Source: Macrostomum lignano
Lineage: Eukaryota
Reading direction: 5' to 3'
DNA: 64,000 bases
Assembly (NCBI GenBank): GCA_002269645.1
Contig: NIVC01000317.1
Location: 1-64,000, forward strand
Numbering within the stretch: the stretch's first letter is position 1; each line of letters opens with the position of its first letter. Of this stretch, positions 61,639 to 64,000 are shown in pieces. Both the position numbers and the translations under genes were made by a program. A model generated the notes under the pieces. That model saw only the letters and a program-made list of their open reading frames with translations, was not told where the DNA came from and made no database searches.

Positions 61639-63637
61639 TCAGTCAGCAAAACTGTCAGACATAATTTTAGTCACCGAAGCCAGACTCAGGATACTGGTCT
61701 CAACCAGCTTCATCAACTGTCGCCTCCTGTCCGCTTCCTCGGCACTGTTTGATGGGAAGCTGGCGGCGAAGAGGTTGGCGAAGGCCGGCTCGTCCGCCAG
61801 CAGGTTGGCAATGGACTGGCTCGGGTACACCGACCTGTACACGAAGGCCTGCTGCACCTCCATCAGCTTGTCGTTGGCCATCCTCAGCCGCAGGAGGGCT
61901 CGAGCCGGATCCTCCTGCACCGGGCCGCCGTCCAGCCACAGCCGCCGCAGCGGCTCGAGCGTCTCAGATTCGAAACGGCGCAGCGCCCGTCTGGCGCGAC
62001 GCATCTGGCGTCGAAACTCGGCCTCCATGGTCGCCCAGCCAGCCGGTTGGTCCTGGGTTCGAGTCCACAGCGACACCCTGGCTTGGCCAACCAGCCTGCC
62101 CATGGCGTACTCGATCTCCTGGGAGAACTCGGTGAGATTCCCCGGCAGCACGGCGGAATCCAGCAGGGTGTACACAATGCCCAGGTAGTTCTGCACCGTG
62201 GCCAGGTGCGCCCTGCCTCCGGGGTCGATCATCCGGTAGAGCCTGGCGGTGTCGTACCGGCTGTGGTAGAGGTCGTACACAACCATGCGGGTCTCGTTGG
62301 GCCGGATGTAGGACAGGTCCACGATGGGGACGCCCAGCGTGCGCCAGAACACGTAGTAGTCGGAGTAGGCGTCTGGCGTCTTGTAGAAGTGGTAGCGACT
62401 GTCGCCGTTGGGGTCCGGGTTGGGCACCTGTTGCAGGAGGGAGAGGGAGCGAAGAGGGAGCGAAGAGGGTCAGAAGAGGCTGGATCGGGTGTCAGGAGAG
62501 GCTGGATCGGGTGTCAGAGATGCTAATATGGAGTGTCAGGAGAGGCTGGATCGGGTGTCAGAGATGCTAAGATGGAGTGTCAGGAGAGGCTGGATCGAGT
62601 GTCAGAGATGCTAATATGGAGTGTCAGGAGAGGCTGGATCGGGTGTCAGAGATACTAATATGGAGTGTCAGGAGAGGCTGGAACGGGTGTCAGAGATGCT
62701 AATATGGAGTGTCAGGAGAGGCTGAAACGGGTGTCAGAGATGCTAATATGGAGTGTTAGGAGAGGCTGAAACGGGTGTCAGAGATGCTAAGATGGAGTGT
62801 CAGGAGAGGCTGGAACGGGTGTCAGAGATGCTAAAATGGAGTGTCAGGAGAGGCTGGAACGGGTGTCAGAGATACCAGTATGGAGTATCAGGAGAGGCTG
62901 GAACGGGTGTCAGAGATGCTAAGATGGAGTGTCAGGAGAGGCTGGAACGGGTGTCAGAGATGCTAAAATGGAGTGTCAGGAGAGGCTGGAACGGGTGTCA
63001 GAGATGCTAAGATGGAGTGTCAGGAGAGGCTGGAACGGGTGTCAGGAGGGGCTGGATCGGGCGTCAGAGATCCCAGTTAGCCAACCTCGTCGATGAGCTT
63101 GTCCAAGAAGCCTCGCCACCGTCGGAACGCGTGCACCATGACCTTCCAGTTGCCCATGATGTCAGTGTCCGTGTTGACGTACGCCACCAGCCGCCTGTCA
63201 GCCCGGCGCAGCTCCTCGTCCAGCCACTCAGCGCTGCCGATGAGGTTCCACTCCTCGGCGTCCCAGCTGCAGGCCAGCAGGGTCCGTCTGGGCCGCCAGC
63301 CGGTCCGCTGCAGCTCCGCCAGGGCGCGGGTGATCACCAGCAGGGAGCTGACGCCGCTGTGCGGGTCCAGCGCCCCGGAATGCCAGGCGTCTCGGTGGCC
63401 GCCGAGAAGCACGACCCTGTCCGGCTCCACCGCGCCCTTCACCTCCGTGCAGATGTCCCGGATGGGCAGCAGGCCGCGGCGCATCGGCCAGCGGATGCGG
63501 AGCCGCCGCAGTTGACTCGGCGAGCCGGCGGCCGACGACTTGGCGAAGTCGCGCAGCTGACGGGCGTCGGCCGCCGAAATCGGGATGGCCGGCTGGCTGG
63601 GCGGCGGTGGATCGAATTCGCTGCGGACTGCGAAGGC
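61639..63637 (-). CDS. M28B peptidase (glutamate carboxypeptidase II / NAALADase-like), 3' part; exons 63637-63086 and 62427-61639; 5' exons beyond window
   Basis: PAIPISAADA, EPDRVVLLGGHRDAW, GALDPHSG, GWRPRRTLLACSWDAEEWNLIGSAEW, VAYVNTD, LYHSRYDT and TfR-like dimerisation helices (RMANDKLMEVQQAF); all five zinc ligands and the catalytic Glu present. Confidence 0.92.
62465..63070. repeat. 44-nt minisatellite in the last intron of the M28 peptidase
   Basis: GGAGTGTCAGGAGAGGCTGGAACGGGTGTCAGAGATGCTAAGAT units with period 44. Confidence 0.95.
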
Positions 63638-63669
63638 CTGCAGGTTTGGCAGTTAAAAATAAAAGGACT

Positions 63670-64000
63670 TGGGATTTGGGATTCCCGATTTCTCGATTCG
63701 ATCGTGAGGGATTCGGGATTTAGGATTCGGTATTGGGGATTTGAGATTCGGGATTCGACTTAGTGATTGAGAATTCGGGATTTGGGATTTGGGATTCGGG
63801 ATTTAGGATTTGGGATTTAGGATTCGGTATTGGGGATTTAAGACTTGAAATTTGGGATTCGGGATTTGGGATTCGGGATTTGGGATTCGGGATTTGGGAT
63901 TCGGGATTTGGGATTCGGGATTTGGGATTCGGGATCTAGGATTTGGGATTTAGGATTCGGTATTGGGGATTTGAGAATCGGGACTTGAAATTTGGGATTT
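63670..64000. repeat. 7-nt repeat (GGGATTT/GGGATTC) in an upstream intron of the M28 peptidase
   Basis: Tandem heptamers running to the window end. Confidence 0.93.

Noticed and set aside
60547-61752. MAPDGLID, SISPSGAM and LAHLAPCL repeat ORFs
   Set aside because: Multi-frame translations of a 24-nt minisatellite.
63017-63763. 248-aa plus-strand ORF (also 62047-62526)
   Set aside because: Antisense to the M28 peptidase exons.
63670-64000. GGGATT repeats as interstitial telomere
   Set aside because: GGGATT is the reverse, not the reverse complement, of TTAGGG; the unit is a heptamer inside an intron.

Overview
Eukaryotic (metazoan) genomic DNA. GC-rich exons, AT-rich intergenic DNA and introns packed with minisatellites strongly suggest a free-living flatworm such as Macrostomum lignano; this is an inference from genome style. 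Genes resolved by hand-splicing: the 3' part of COASY (+), a 15-exon fibrillar collagen (+; signal peptide, VWC, Thr-rich linker, ~1009-residue interrupted triple helix, COLFI), tRNA-Glu(CTC), SSUH2 (-), an 8-exon Amt ammonium transporter (+), GOLGA7 (-), ASS1 (-), an A20/AN1 zinc-finger gene (-), an intronless polyQ orphan ORF (+) and the 3' part of an M28 NAALADase/GCPII-like peptidase (-). Mobile DNA: a dead Ty3/gypsy fragment, a four-copy foldback family with an 8-bp TSD, two Tc1/mariner MITEs, a Chapaev-like element with 391-bp TIRs and a degenerate Tc1/IS630-like element. About 25 tandem arrays, mostly intronic, explain most long ORFs in the supplied track. The most interesting observations are the collagen's enrichment in helical N-glycosylation sequons, its interruptions, mucin-like linker and missing Cys2/Cys3; systematic intron-filling minisatellites with locally shared cores; acceptor-like sites just upstream of every visible ATG (possible SL trans-splicing or operon); and a GCPII-like enzyme with a remodelled substrate pocket. 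No CRISPR, rRNA or prokaryotic system is evident.
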